64,000 bases of DNA from Escherichia coli (GTDB lineage: Bacteria > Pseudomonadota > Gammaproteobacteria > Enterobacterales > Enterobacteriaceae). The stretch lies in assembly GCF_001677475.2 (NCBI RefSeq), contig NZ_CP015229.1; one strand, given 5' to 3'. Shown piece by piece: positions 1 to 10,592 of the stretch. The notes beneath the pieces are model-generated. The model made no database searches and had not been told where the DNA came from. It worked only from the letters and a program-made list of their open reading frames with translations. Position 1 is the first letter of the stretch; the number at the start of each line of letters is the position of its first letter. Both the position numbers and the translations under genes were made by a program.

Positions 1-910
1 GGGCGAAGTCGGCGCGAATATCGTGGCTACGCATTTTGTCTTCCAGGAAACGGGTTACCGCCAGCGATGCGCCGCCGGTGCCGGTTTGCATGGAGAAACC
101 TTCTTTGAAGTAGCCAGAGTTGACAATCACATCCGCAGCGCTACGGGCAATAAGCAGTTCGCGCGGGTTAGTGGTCATACGGGTTGCACCAGCGCCGATT
201 TTTGCAGCATCGCCAACGCGATCAACTTTGACGATCAGATCAACCTGATCTTGCTCAATGCTTGCCGGATTATGCGGATAAGGCAGCAGTTCTTCGGTAA
301 GCATCACAACCTGTTTTGCGTTGTCGGCATCAACCATTGCATAGCCGAGGGAGCCGCAGCAGGCTTTACCGGTGTAGCCGTTGGCATTACCGAATTCATC
401 ACAGGACGGGACGCCGAGGAAAGCCACGTCGATATTCAGTTCGCCGCTCTGTACCAGATGCACACGTCCGCCGTGAGAGTGGATTTGCACCGGTTCCGCC
501 AGCAGACCACGGGAGATCTCTTCCGCCAGTGGACCGCGCAGGCCGGAGGTATAAATGCGGGTGACCACACCCTGACGAATATGTTCTACCAGCGGTGCAT
601 GGCAGTCGCTCAAAGAGCTGGACGCCAGGGTCAGGTTTTTAAAGCCCATCTTCGCGATGACGTCCATCACCATATTGACGGTCAGGTCACCGCCACGGAA
701 AGCGTGGTGGAAGGAGACGGTCATGCCGTCCTTTAAACCAGAACGACGAATAGCGTCTTCCAGGTTGGCGCACAGTTTGCGATCGCGCGCTTTTTCAGCC
801 TGGTAGGTTTGCTTTGGCGAGTTCTGGAAAGCGGCAAGATCGCATTCAGCGCGACGATTCCAGGCCGCTACCCGTTCTTGTCGTTGAGATTGTTCAATTT
901 TCTGCGTCAT
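1..910 (-). CDS. citF: citrate lyase alpha subunit (citrate CoA-transferase), N-terminal part only; gene runs off the window start
   Basis: Reverse-complement of 908..910 is ATG and the translation reads MTQKIEQSQRQERVAAWNRRAECDLAAFQ..., matching remembered CitF; no stop before position 1. Sits directly downstream of citE. Confidence 0.85.
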   Translation of the reverse strand, partial: MTQKIEQSQRQERVAAWNRRAECDLAAFQNSPKQTYQAEKARDRKLCANLEDAIRRSGLKDGMTVSFHHAFRGGDLTVNMVMDVIAKMGFKNLTLASSSLSDCHAPLVEHIRQGVVTRIYTSGLRGPLAEEISRGLLAEPVQIHSHGGRVHLVQSGELNIDVAFLGVPSCDEFGNANGYTGKACCGSLGYAMVDADNAKQVVMLTEELLPYPHNPASIEQDQVDLIVKVDRVGDAAKIGAGATRMTTNPRELLIARSAADVIVNSGYFKEGFSMQTGTGGASLAVTRFLEDKMRSHDIRADFA

Positions 911-920
911 TTTGATTGCC

Positions 921-1829
921 TTATTCTTCGCGGATGCCGGAAAGTTCTGCGCGGGAGAGCACCAGACGGGCACGATCGATAACCGGACCGTCAACCATCT
1001 TGCCGTTCAGGGAAACCACACCGAGGCCTTCGCGAGCGGCGGCTTCAGCGGCTTCTACGACGCGGCGTGCGTGATCCACTTCTTTCTGGGTTGGTGCGTA
1101 GAGGTTGTGGAGCAGATCAATCTGACGCGGGTTGATCAGCGATTTGCCGTCAAAGCCCAGCTGTTTGATGTGGGCGGCTTCTTGCAGGAATCCGGCTTCG
1201 TTGTTGGCGTCGGAATAGACGGTATCGAACGCCTGGATACCGGCAGAGCGCGCGGCTTGCAAAATGGAGCAGCGAGCGAACAGCAGTTCCGTACCTTCCG
1301 GTGAGCGTTCAGTGCGCAGGTTACGCACGTAGTCTTCCGCGCCCAGCGCGATACCGATTAAACGTTCAGATGCGTGAGCGATTTCTACCGTGCGGGTAAT
1401 ACCCAGCGGAGATTCAATCGCCGCCAGCAGGCCGGTGCTGCCGGGTTCACGACCACAGGCTTTTTCGATACGCAGGATCTCTTTTTCGATATCCAGCACA
1501 TCCTGAGCGGTATCGGTTTTCGGCAGACGCACAACGTCCGCACCACCGCGAACGACGGCTTCCAGGTCGTTAACACCCCATTCGGAATCCAGCGCGTTTA
1601 CACGCACAATGGTTTCAATATCGCGATACAGCGGATGTTGCAGCGCGTGGTAAACCATGCGGCGGGCGGTGTCTTTTTCACGCAATGCTACGGAGTCTTC
1701 GAGGTCAAACATCAGGGCATCAGCCGGGTAGATGAAGGAGTTGCTGACCATCGCGGCATTGGCACCAGGCACAAACAACATGCTGCGGCGGGTGCGAGTT
1801 TTACGTTGTTGCAGCGAAGCGGAAATCAT
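921..1829 (-). CDS. citE: citrate lyase beta subunit (citryl-CoA lyase)
   Basis: ORF 921..1844 (-); product [27 protein letters not shown]... Start placed at the internal ATG to give 302 aa; 4-nt ATGA overlap with citD stop. Confidence 0.9.
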
Positions 1830-2122
1830 TGGCAATCCTCCCATGGCAGAGCCGGGATACCGCTGGCGCGTGCCAGCAGGGCTTCCAGTCGTGCACGTAA
1901 AATGCAGTCCAGTGCGCCTTTGTCATCGACATTCAGCTGTACGCCGCGCACGTTGTAGCGGGCGAGAACGTCCAGAATGGTGGTGCGAATGGCATCGCCA
2001 AACTGTTTCTCAACGCTGCTGTTGATTTGCAGGTCGATATCCTGCGTATCGAGTGGGGCGATGCGTATCATCACATCCCCAGACTCAAGGGTGCCTGCAA
2101 CGGCGGGCTGGTTTATTTTCAT
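1826..2122 (-). CDS. citD: citrate lyase acyl carrier protein (gamma subunit)
   Basis: 98-aa [27 protein letters not shown]..., between citC and citE. Confidence 0.9.
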
Positions 2123-2136
2123 TTTTCACCTGTTTC

Positions 2137-3195
2137 TCATGCGGGGGTCTTTTGACGAGCTGCCGCGTCCTGGCGGGAGTGCTCAAGCAGGTTCTGCAAA
2201 TAATGCAGCGTGACTGCAGGGACCAGCGGCGCGATAGCCGTGAGATCGTTTTTCGCCAGCAGTTGACGTACCCGGGAAGCGGATATCGGCATCTCCTGGT
2301 AACGCAGCCGCTCAATTTCAACCAGTTCGATGGGCGGTGCGGAGATAGTCGGCGTTTCCAGCCAGTAGCGCATATCCTGGTTGTACTGGGCGGTAACGCG
2401 ACAAAAGGGTTCAGTACCGACAAAGCGGTGAGTTACACCCAGCGCGGGAGCGAGGTACTGACGGAAAATCTTCAGATCAATTTCGGTGTAACAATGGTTA
2501 ATGACGCTCTGTTCTTTAATGAAGTAGCAAGGGAACGTGGCGCGGGAGATGATGTATTCGGAGCCGCGATGCACAGTCAGGCGTGGAATATCGGCGGTGC
2601 CTTTTAACACCAGATCCAGCCGGTCTTCATAGGGGAAGCGTGAAGAATCTTCTTTGACTAAAAACAGATGCAACCAGTCGCACTGTGCTGCAGCCTGTTG
2701 AATCAGATAACGGTGACCATTCGTAAAGGGATTGGCGTTCATCACAATGCAGCCAATCTTATTCCCTGGATGACGAAATTTTTTCAGCGATTCGGCATAG
2801 CGTTTCAGTCGCGTGGCGCTGTTTTCCATCAGCACCATCACGCCGGGTACACTAGTCAGCGTGGAAAAACCGCACTGGCGGAACAGCGCCTCGTATTCGG
2901 TTTTGGTATAAATAAATAGATGCGTGCTGTGCCGCTCATAGGCGAGGTTAATTAGCTCGGTGGCTAATGTCAGCGCCAGTCCTTCACCGCGAACGGATTC
3001 ACTGATAGCAACGCATTTAATAATATTTCCGGCAATTCCACCGCACGCGATAAGCTTTTCATCGCGGGTTACGGTAATAAATACTTCGACTGTGGTGTCA
3101 ACGCTCAAATCATTTTCATGCAGGAATTGGGCGATTTCCGCCATTTTTTTATTTTCTGAACGTTTTACACGGGTGAAAATATCATTGCCGAACAT
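2137..3195 (-). CDS. citC: [citrate (pro-3S)-lyase] ligase
   Basis: ORF 2137..3282 (-); start placed at internal ATG (3193..3195) giving 352 aa beginning MFGNDIFTRVKRSENKKMAEIAQF... Confidence 0.85.
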   Translation of the reverse strand: MFGNDIFTRVKRSENKKMAEIAQFLHENDLSVDTTVEVFITVTRDEKLIACGGIAGNIIKCVAISESVRGEGLALTLATELINLAYERHSTHLFIYTKTEYEALFRQCGFSTLTSVPGVMVLMENSATRLKRYAESLKKFRHPGNKIGCIVMNANPFTNGHRYLIQQAAAQCDWLHLFLVKEDSSRFPYEDRLDLVLKGTADIPRLTVHRGSEYIISRATFPCYFIKEQSVINHCYTEIDLKIFRQYLAPALGVTHRFVGTEPFCRVTAQYNQDMRYWLETPTISAPPIELVEIERLRYQEMPISASRVRQLLAKNDLTAIAPLVPAVTLHYLQNLLEHSRQDAAARQKTPA

Positions 3196-3574
3196 AATAA
3201 ATAGTATCCTGAAGGTGCATGTTGTTATCGATTTGCAACAAATGTTGTTCGATGTTGCAAACTGATAACCTTTTATTTTCACTTGGGAGAAAGGGGGGCG
3301 ATCGAGGTATATCTTTTTCTCCTTTCGCTATACATCCTAAGGAGTATTGCAGCGTGAAATTTTGATTTATTTCACATAGAGTTAGTGGTTTTTTATTTAT
3401 TTAATGGTTTTAAGTTTTTTAATTAATGTAATTACGAAATGACCCGCAGGTTTAAGTGATTTAATTGATTTAATGAATAAAATTTGCCACGATTATATTT
3501 AATATCTATGTATTTTGATTCAACATTTTAATTACATTCGTCAAAGAGGCTCGGGACAACCCGCAAGGAAAACA
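3196..3574. promoter_or_regulatory. divergent citC / dpiB control region, very AT-rich with tandem GATTTAAT motifs
   Basis: 379-bp non-coding spacer between divergently oriented citC and dpiB; AT-rich by eye, contains tgatttaattgatttaatgaat around 3456..3480. Confidence 0.4.
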
Positions 3575-5233
3575 ATGTTGCAGCTTAACGAGAATAAACA
3601 GTTTGCATTTTTCCAAAGACTGGCATTTCCGCTGCGTATCTTTTTGCTGATTCTGGTGTTCTCAATATTTGTCATTGCAGCCCTGGCGCAATATTTTACG
3701 GCCAGTTTTGAGGACTATTTAACGCTTCATGTACGCGACATGGCAATGAATCAGGCAAAAATTATTGCTTCTAATGACAGTATCATCAGCGCAGTGAAAA
3801 CGCGTGACTACAAGAGGCTGGCGACCATCGCTGACAAATTACAAAGAGATACTGATTTCGATTATGTGGTGATTGGCGATCGGCACTCGATTCGTCTTTA
3901 CCATCCTAATCCGGAGAAAATTGGTTATCCTATGCAGTTCACCAAACCGGGCGCGCTGGAGAAAGGGGAGAGCTACTTCATCACCGGGAAAGGGTCAATT
4001 GGCATGGCAATGCGTGCCAAAACGCCAATCTTTGATGACGATGGAAAAGTCATCGGCGTGGTGTCGATTGGCTACCTGGTGAGTAAAATCGATAGCTGGC
4101 GTGCTGAGTTTTTATTACCGATGGCAGGTGTGTTTGTCGTGCTGTTAGGGATTCTGATGTTGCTATCGTGGTTCCTGGCCGCGCATATCCGTCGGCAGAT
4201 GATGGGCATGGAGCCAAAGCAAATCGCACGCGTGGTCCGTCAGCAAGAGGCGCTGTTTAGTTCGGTTTATGAAGGGCTGATTGCGGTGGATCCGCACGGT
4301 TACATTACCGCCATCAATCGTAACGCAAGAAAGATGCTGGGGCTGAGTTCCCCTGGACGACAATGGTTGGGTAAACCCATTGCTGAAGTGGTCAGGCCTG
4401 CCGATTTCTTTACCGAACAGATTGATGAAAAACGTCAGGATGTGGTGGCTAACTTTAACGGCCTGAGCGTTATTGCCAATCGGGAAGCTATTCGTTCAGG
4501 TGATGATTTGCTGGGGGCCATTATCAGCTTTCGCAGTAAAGACGAAATTTCCACCCTCAATGCGCAACTGACGCAAATTAAACAATACGTCGAGAGCCTG
4601 CGCACATTGCGACACGAGCATCTCAATTGGATGTCGACGCTCAATGGTCTGTTGCAGATGAAAGAGTATGATCGCGTGCTGGCGATGGTGCAGGGGGAGT
4701 CTCAGGCCCAGCAACAGCTTATTGACAGCCTGCGCGAGGCGTTTGCCGATCGCCAGGTGGCGGGGCTGCTTTTTGGTAAAGTGCAGCGCGCCCGCGAACT
4801 GGGGCTAAAAATGATCATCGTCCCCGGCAGCCAGCTTTCGCAACTGCCGCCAGGACTGGATAGCACCGAGTTTGCCGCCATTGTTGGCAATTTACTTGAT
4901 AACGCCTTCGAAGCCAGCCTGCGTAGCGATGAAGGAAACAAGATCGTTGAATTATTCCTCAGCGATGAAGGCGATGATGTGGTGATTGAAGTCGCCGATC
5001 AGGGCTGCGGCGTTCCAGAGTCTCTACGAGACAAAATATTTGAGCAGGGTGTCAGTACGCGTGCTGACGAGCCCGGCGAACATGGCATTGGGTTGTACTT
5101 GATTGCCAGCTACGTAACGCGCTGCGGTGGTGTTATCACTCTCGAAGATAATGATCCCTGCGGTACCTTATTTTCAATCTATATTCCGAAAGTGAAACCT
5201 AATGACAGCTCCATTAACCCTATTGATCGTTGA
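3575..5233 (+). CDS. dpiB: sensor histidine kinase of the DpiBA (CitAB) two-component system
   Basis: ORF 3515..5233; start at ATG 3575 preceded by AAGGAA; 552 aa MLQLNENKQFAFFQRLAFPL... with two TM segments and an HATPase C-terminus. Confidence 0.9.
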   Translation: MLQLNENKQFAFFQRLAFPLRIFLLILVFSIFVIAALAQYFTASFEDYLTLHVRDMAMNQAKIIASNDSIISAVKTRDYKRLATIADKLQRDTDFDYVVIGDRHSIRLYHPNPEKIGYPMQFTKPGALEKGESYFITGKGSIGMAMRAKTPIFDDDGKVIGVVSIGYLVSKIDSWRAEFLLPMAGVFVVLLGILMLLSWFLAAHIRRQMMGMEPKQIARVVRQQEALFSSVYEGLIAVDPHGYITAINRNARKMLGLSSPGRQWLGKPIAEVVRPADFFTEQIDEKRQDVVANFNGLSVIANREAIRSGDDLLGAIISFRSKDEISTLNAQLTQIKQYVESLRTLRHEHLNWMSTLNGLLQMKEYDRVLAMVQGESQAQQQLIDSLREAFADRQVAGLLFGKVQRARELGLKMIIVPGSQLSQLPPGLDSTEFAAIVGNLLDNAFEASLRSDEGNKIVELFLSDEGDDVVIEVADQGCGVPESLRDKIFEQGVSTRADEPGEHGIGLYLIASYVTRCGGVITLEDNDPCGTLFSIYIPKVKPNDSSINPIDR

Positions 5234-5882
5234 GGACGAAACGCCGCTGGCAGAGATGCATGCGGAATATATTCGTCACATTCCCGGATTCAGTCAGATA
5301 TTACTGGCGGGAAACCTGGCGCAGGCCCGAATGATGATCGAGCGTTTTAAGCCGGGGCTAATCTTGCTCGATAACTATCTTCCTGACGGTAGAGGGATTA
5401 ATTTACTGCATGAACTGGTGCAGGCGCATTTTCCCGGCGACGTGGTGTTTACCACTGCAGCCAGCGATATGGAAACGGTGTCTGAAGCCGTACGTTGTGG
5501 TGTATTTGATTATCTCATTAAGCCCATTGCCTATGAGCGGCTGGGGCAAACGCTAACCCGTTTCCGCCAGCGTAAACATATGCTGGAAAGTATTGATAGC
5601 GCCAGCCAGAAGCAAATTGATGAGATGTTTAATGCCTATGCTCGCGGTGAACCTAAAGACGAACTGCCGACCGGCATTGACCCCTTGACGCTAAACGCGG
5701 TGCGAAAACTGTTTAAAGAGCCTGGTGTGCAACATACGGCAGAAACGGTGGCGCAGGCACTGACCATCAGCCGCACCACTGCCAGGCGTTATCTTGAATA
5801 TTGCGCCAGCCGCCATCTGATTATTGCTGAAATTGTTCACGGCAAAGTTGGCAGACCGCAACGCATATACCACAGTGGGTGA
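5202..5882 (+). CDS. dpiA: response regulator DpiA (CitB)
   Basis: 226-aa ORF MTAPLTLLIVEDETPLAEMHAEYI... with receiver-domain motifs; overlaps the dpiB 3' end by 32 nt. Confidence 0.9.
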   Translation: MTAPLTLLIVEDETPLAEMHAEYIRHIPGFSQILLAGNLAQARMMIERFKPGLILLDNYLPDGRGINLLHELVQAHFPGDVVFTTAASDMETVSEAVRCGVFDYLIKPIAYERLGQTLTRFRQRKHMLESIDSASQKQIDEMFNAYARGEPKDELPTGIDPLTLNAVRKLFKEPGVQHTAETVAQALTISRTTARRYLEYCASRHLIIAEIVHGKVGRPQRIYHSG

Positions 5883-5922
5883 CATGAAAAAGCCGGAGGA
5901 AACTTGCCTCCGGCATGACTAT

Positions 5923-7308
5923 TTACTTGCCTGTGACCACTGCTGCCGTTCCTGGCACCATCAGCTCTGTAGCAACGATAACAATCACTAGCCCAACAAG
6001 CACCGGCACCGAGGTGCGTTTTACGACTTCAAATGGTGAGATTTTCGCCATCCCGGCAACCGCAACGACTACGCCAGAAACGGGTGATAGGGTACGACCC
6101 AGGTTTGACGCCTGCAGCATCGGGATAGTCAAATACGCCGGGTTAATGCCGGAAGAGTGCGCCAGTTTCGGGATCATCTCAACAAACGCATAAAACGGCG
6201 CATTGCCTGAACCGGTCGTGACTGCCGCCAGCATTGTCAGAATCACCAATACCAGCATCAGGATGATACTCGCCGAACCAAACGAGGTAGCAATAGAAAT
6301 CAGACTTTGAATAAAGCCGATGGTGCTAAGCCCCTGAGCGAATACCCCAGCGGCAACCAGCAGCATCACCACGTTAGCAAACGCATCTGCCATCCCGCGA
6401 TAAGCCACTTCCAGACCAGAGAAAACTTTCTGGGTATTAAAGCTGCGGATGAACTCCAGAATGGAGGCAATCAGCATACAAATCACCAGAATAGTGATGA
6501 TGTGTAATTGCGGACCCCATTTGCCGTCAAAAATCAGTACACCGATGATAGGCGTGAACGGCAAAATGGCATAAAACGCAGGAGCAGTGGTGGTGATTTC
6601 ACTGACATCTAACATTTCATGAGAGATGTGCTCTTTTTTATCCAGATAACGTTGCCAGAAGAAGTGGGCGATCGCCATGCCGATAATTGCAGCAATTGAG
6701 ATAGGCAGCGTCGTTTTGAAGGCGAAGTCAATCAGCGACATTTCGGAAGCCTGCGCCGCCAGCACCACATCCCCTGAAGTCGGTGCGAGAATAATCGCCG
6801 CCGGGGAGGCACAAATGGCAGCTGCTGCGCCACGACTGATACCAACGTTTACCATCACCGGAAACAGGGTTGCCATCAGCAAAACACCCAGACCGGTCGC
6901 GGAAGAGACGGCCAGAGACATCAGACAGGCGACAAAATAGGCGGCAATCATCAGCAGGTAAGGGGAGTTAATATACTGCAATGGTTTTGACGCCAGCTTG
7001 ACCACCATATCATTCGCGCCGATATGGGTCATGTAAGCGGCAAAGCCACACAGCATCATAATCATCATGCCGAGGTCGCCGCCGCGGCTCATTAGCAATA
7101 TTTTAACGTATTCAACGATATCCGTGGCGCTGTAGCCTGTTGAAGCCTGGCTGGACGGTAACACTTTGTGCCCCATAATGGCACTGATAATCAGCAATAA
7201 CAGGCCACCGACAAATAACACGCCAGTGGCGGAATACCCTTTAATGATGTAGCGAGCTACACCCACAATAACCACAACCCCAATAAGGAGTTCAATGAAT
7301 GTCAGCAT
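5923..7308 (-). CDS. dcuC: anaerobic C4-dicarboxylate transporter
   Basis: 461-aa polytopic membrane ORF MLTFIELLIGVVVIVGVARYIIKG..., uninterrupted. Confidence 0.9.
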   Translation of the reverse strand: MLTFIELLIGVVVIVGVARYIIKGYSATGVLFVGGLLLLIISAIMGHKVLPSSQASTGYSATDIVEYVKILLMSRGGDLGMMIMMLCGFAAYMTHIGANDMVVKLASKPLQYINSPYLLMIAAYFVACLMSLAVSSATGLGVLLMATLFPVMVNVGISRGAAAAICASPAAIILAPTSGDVVLAAQASEMSLIDFAFKTTLPISIAAIIGMAIAHFFWQRYLDKKEHISHEMLDVSEITTTAPAFYAILPFTPIIGVLIFDGKWGPQLHIITILVICMLIASILEFIRSFNTQKVFSGLEVAYRGMADAFANVVMLLVAAGVFAQGLSTIGFIQSLISIATSFGSASIILMLVLVILTMLAAVTTGSGNAPFYAFVEMIPKLAHSSGINPAYLTIPMLQASNLGRTLSPVSGVVVAVAGMAKISPFEVVKRTSVPVLVGLVIVIVATELMVPGTAAVVTGK

Positions 7309-7896
7309 AATTTTTCCTGTCTCCAGGCCCCAAAGTAAATAATAAAAAATTCCTAAAACTTAAGGAAAAAATATGCCCAATAAATTGGCGATGAATGCTG
7401 ATTAAAATCAAGAAAAACTGCCATTAACACATTGAAGTTACTGTTTTTATACATAGATAACAAAACACATATTTAGCGGTTGGTAATTATCACATAATAA
7501 TGTGTGTAAATTGATGGCGGATTGATGCAAATTTGTTAATAGCAATGGTGTTAGCTGCGATTGCGTGCTCAAAAAATAATCTGTAATGAGCATGGGTTGA
7601 CGATATATAATATATTTTTCGTTAAGATTCTTTTTGTATGTTGTTAAAAAATAAAGTAATTTTATCCTGGTTGTATTTTGTTATCAGAACCGACTTGCTT
7701 TTTATTTAATGACTATTCCCATCACAGAAAACGAAGTATCATCTTAAATCGATGCGCGGAAATATTTAACTTGAACAAGCGGAAATAAATAGAGCAGCTA
7801 TTCAGATTATTCTTTATATTGGGGCTATTAAGGTTATGTTAATTGTAGCTTTGCTATGCTAGTAGTAGATTTTTGATAAATGTTTTATGGTCACAA

Positions 7897-8457
7897 ATGA
7901 ACGTGAGTAAGTATGTCGCTATCTTTTCCTTTGTTTTTATTCAGTTAATCAGCGTTGGTAAAGTTTTTGCTAACGCAGATGAGTGGATGACAACGTTTGG
8001 AGAAAATATTACACAAACCTGGCAACAGCCTGAACATTATGATTTATATATTCCTGCCATCACCTGGCATGCTCGTTTCGCTTACGACAAAGAAAAAACC
8101 GATCGCTATAACGAGCGACCGTGGGGTGGCGGTTTTGGTCAGTCGCGATGGGATGAAAAAGGAAACTGGCATGGCCTGTATGCCATGGCATTTAAGGACT
8201 CGTGGAACAAATGGGAACCGATTGCCGGATACGGATGGGAAAGTACCTGGCGACCGCTGGCGGATGAAAATTTTCATTTAGGACTGGGATTCACCGCTGG
8301 CGTAACGGCACGCGATAACTGGAATTACATCCCTCTCCCGGTTCTACTGCCATTGGCCTCTGTGGGTTATGGTCCAGTGACTTTTCAGATGACCTACATT
8401 CCGGGTACCTATAACAATGGCAATGTGTACTTTGCCTGGATGCGCTTTCAGTTTTGA
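7897..8457 (+). CDS. pagP: lipid A palmitoyltransferase PagP (CrcA)
   Basis: ORF 7873..8457; start placed at ATG 7897 giving 186 aa [25 protein letters not shown]... with signal peptide. Confidence 0.9.
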   Translation: MNVSKYVAIFSFVFIQLISVGKVFANADEWMTTFGENITQTWQQPEHYDLYIPAITWHARFAYDKEKTDRYNERPWGGGFGQSRWDEKGNWHGLYAMAFKDSWNKWEPIAGYGWESTWRPLADENFHLGLGFTAGVTARDNWNYIPLPVLLPLASVGYGPVTFQMTYIPGTYNNGNVYFAWMRFQF

Positions 8458-8631
8458 GACAAATGAAATTTTAGTAAACTCTTTAAAATCAATGGGTAAA
8501 ATAATTAACATCAAAAATAACGCGACTTTTATCACTTTTTAGTAAAGTTGCACTGGACAAAGCGTACCACAATTGGTGTACTGGTAACCGACACAGCATT
8601 TGTGTCTATTTTTCATGTAAAGGTAATTTTG

Positions 8632-8841
8632 ATGTCTAAGATTAAAGGTAACGTTAAGTGGTTTAATGAGTCCAAAGGATTCGGTTTCATTACTCCGGAA
8701 GACGGCAGCAAAGACGTGTTCGTACACTTCTCTGCAATCCAGACTAATGGTTTTAAAACTCTTGCTGAAGGTCAGCGCGTAGAGTTCGAAATCACTAACG
8801 GTGCCAAAGGCCCTTCTGCTGCAAACGTAATCGCTCTGTAA
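8632..8841 (+). CDS. cspE: cold-shock-domain protein CspE
   Basis: 69-aa ORF from ATG 8632: [33 protein letters not shown]... (RNP1/RNP2 motifs). Confidence 0.95.
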
Positions 8842-8860
8842 GATACGTCAGCAAGAATTC

Positions 8861-8890
8861 AAAACCCGCTTAATCAGCGGGTTTTTTTTG
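8861..8890. terminator. Rho-independent terminator between convergent cspE and crcB
   Basis: Hairpin cccgct/agcggg (8865..8881) followed by a T8 run; A-run on the other side. Confidence 0.7.
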
Positions 8891-8894
8891 GTCT

Positions 8895-9278
8895 TTAGTG
8901 TGCGGTTGAGGCTGAAAACAGCCAGAATGCCAGTGCGGTCATGGCAAAAGAGCCCAGAAGGTTGACGAAAACGTTCAGTAATGCCCAGCCAAAGCGACCC
9001 TCTTGTAACAAAAACACCACTTCTGCCGAAAATGTTGAGAAGGTTGTTAGACCGCCACAAAATCCGGTGGTGATTAATACTTTCCACACTGGATCAATGT
9101 TCGTCATCCTGCTGAACCAGGCGAATCCCATTCCTATGATGAATGCCCCAATCAGGTTTGCTGTCAGCGTCCCCAACGGAATCGCCTGATGCAGTGGGTT
9201 AAATCGCATACTTAACAGCCATCTCGCCACGCTTCCCGTACCACCGCCAATAAAAACTGCTAAAAGAAGTTGTAACAC
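8895..9278 (-). CDS. crcB: fluoride channel CrcB/FluC
   Basis: 127-aa membrane [26 protein letters not shown]... Confidence 0.9.
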   Translation of the reverse strand: MLQLLLAVFIGGGTGSVARWLLSMRFNPLHQAIPLGTLTANLIGAFIIGMGFAWFSRMTNIDPVWKVLITTGFCGGLTTFSTFSAEVVFLLQEGRFGWALLNVFVNLLGSFAMTALAFWLFSASTAH

Positions 9279-9370
9279 TGCAAAATCCTGCTATTTGATT
9301 TGTATGAGTGATAAGTGTAACGCCGAATAATCGTCGTTGGCGAATTTTACGACTCTGACAGGAGGTGGCA

Positions 9371-10159
9371 ATGCTGGTTGCTGCAGGACAGTTTGCTGTT
9401 ACATCTGTGTGGGAAAAGAACGCTGAGATTTGTGCCTCGTTGATGGCGCAGGCGGTGGAAAACGACGTATCGCTGTTTGTCCTGCCGGAAGCATTGCTGG
9501 CGCGCGATGATCATGATGCAGATCTATCGGTTAAATCAGCACAGCTGCTGGAAGGCGAATTCCTCGGACGTTTACGGCGAGAAAGTAAACGTAACATGAT
9601 GACGACAATTCTGACGATTCATGTTCCTTCAACGCCGGGGCGCGCATGGAATATGCTGGTGGCACTTCAGGCAGGAAACATCGTCGCCCGTTATGCCAAA
9701 CTGCATCTCTATGATGCATTTGCCATTCAGGAATCACGTCATGTTGATGCTGGTAATGAAATAGCTCCGTTACTGGAGGTGGAAGGGATGAAGGTCGGTC
9801 TGATGACCTGTTATGACTTACGCTTTCCAGAGCTGGCGCTGGCACAGGCATTACAGGGAGCTGAAATCCTGGTAGTTCCTGCCGCCTGGGTTCGTGGGCC
9901 GCTCAAAGAGCATCACTGGTCAACGTTGCTTGCCGCTCGTGCGCTGGATACCACCTGTTATATGGTGGCGGCGGGGGAGTGCGGGAACAAAAATATCGGG
10001 CAAAGCCGAATTATAGATCCCTTTGGCGTCACGATTGCGGCAGCGTCAGAAATGCCTGCACTCATTATGGCGGAAGTGACGCCCGAACGTGTGCGTCAGG
10101 TGCGCGCGCAACTGCCCGTCTTAAACAACCGTCGCTTTGCGCCGCCGCAATTATTATGA
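9371..10159 (+). CDS. ybeM: carbon-nitrogen hydrolase (nitrilase superfamily) YbeM, intact
   Basis: ORF 9365..10159; ATG 9371 with AGGAGG 8 nt upstream; 262 aa; my recollection is that this gene is a pseudogene in K-12. Confidence 0.8.
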   Translation: MLVAAGQFAVTSVWEKNAEICASLMAQAVENDVSLFVLPEALLARDDHDADLSVKSAQLLEGEFLGRLRRESKRNMMTTILTIHVPSTPGRAWNMLVALQAGNIVARYAKLHLYDAFAIQESRHVDAGNEIAPLLEVEGMKVGLMTCYDLRFPELALAQALQGAEILVVPAAWVRGPLKEHHWSTLLAARALDTTCYMVAAGECGNKNIGQSRIIDPFGVTIAAASEMPALIMAEVTPERVRQVRAQLPVLNNRRFAPPQLL

Positions 10160-10287
10160 TGTTTTTTTACTCGGCGCTTGATTCACCTTGTTACAGATTG
10201 CTATTGTGTGCGCGCGTCGAATGACCGTTAATATTCTCTGGTTTTTAAGGCGCGTTCTGTTGCCGGTTATATGTCAAGAAGGTATCT

Positions 10288-10491
10288 ATGGGTGAGATTA
10301 GTATTACCAAACTGCTGGTAGTTGCGGCGCTGGTCGTTCTGCTGTTTGGGACTAAGAAGTTACGTACGCTGGGCGGAGACCTTGGAGCGGCCATTAAAGG
10401 GTTCAAGAAGGCGATGAATGATGACGATGCTGCGGCGAAAAAAGGCGCAGACGTTGATCTTCAGGCTGAAAAGCTCTCTCATAAAGAGTGA
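10288..10491 (+). CDS. tatE: twin-arginine translocase subunit TatE
   Basis: 67-aa [36 protein letters not shown]... Confidence 0.9.
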   Translation: MGEISITKLLVVAALVVLLFGTKKLRTLGGDLGAAIKGFKKAMNDDDAAAKKGADVDLQAEKLSHKE

Positions 10492-10531
10492 CGTGGCGAG
10501 CAGGACGCTCCCTCAATATCTTGTTCGATAC

Positions 10532-10564
10532 AAAAAAACCCGCTTCAAAAAGCGGGTTTTTTAT
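10532..10564. terminator. bidirectional Rho-independent terminator between tatE and lipA
   Basis: aaaaaaacccgcttcaaaaagcgggtttttt: perfect hairpin flanked by an A-run and a T-run. Confidence 0.75.
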
Positions 10565-10592
10565 CAGACAGATGTAAGTAATTATTACAGGA

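Noticed and set aside
9279-9370. Fluoride riboswitch upstream of crcB
   Set aside because: The crcB leader is only about 90 bp, is shared with the divergent ybeM promoter, and shows no crcB-motif-like conserved core; I also recall that E. coli crcB lacks this riboswitch.
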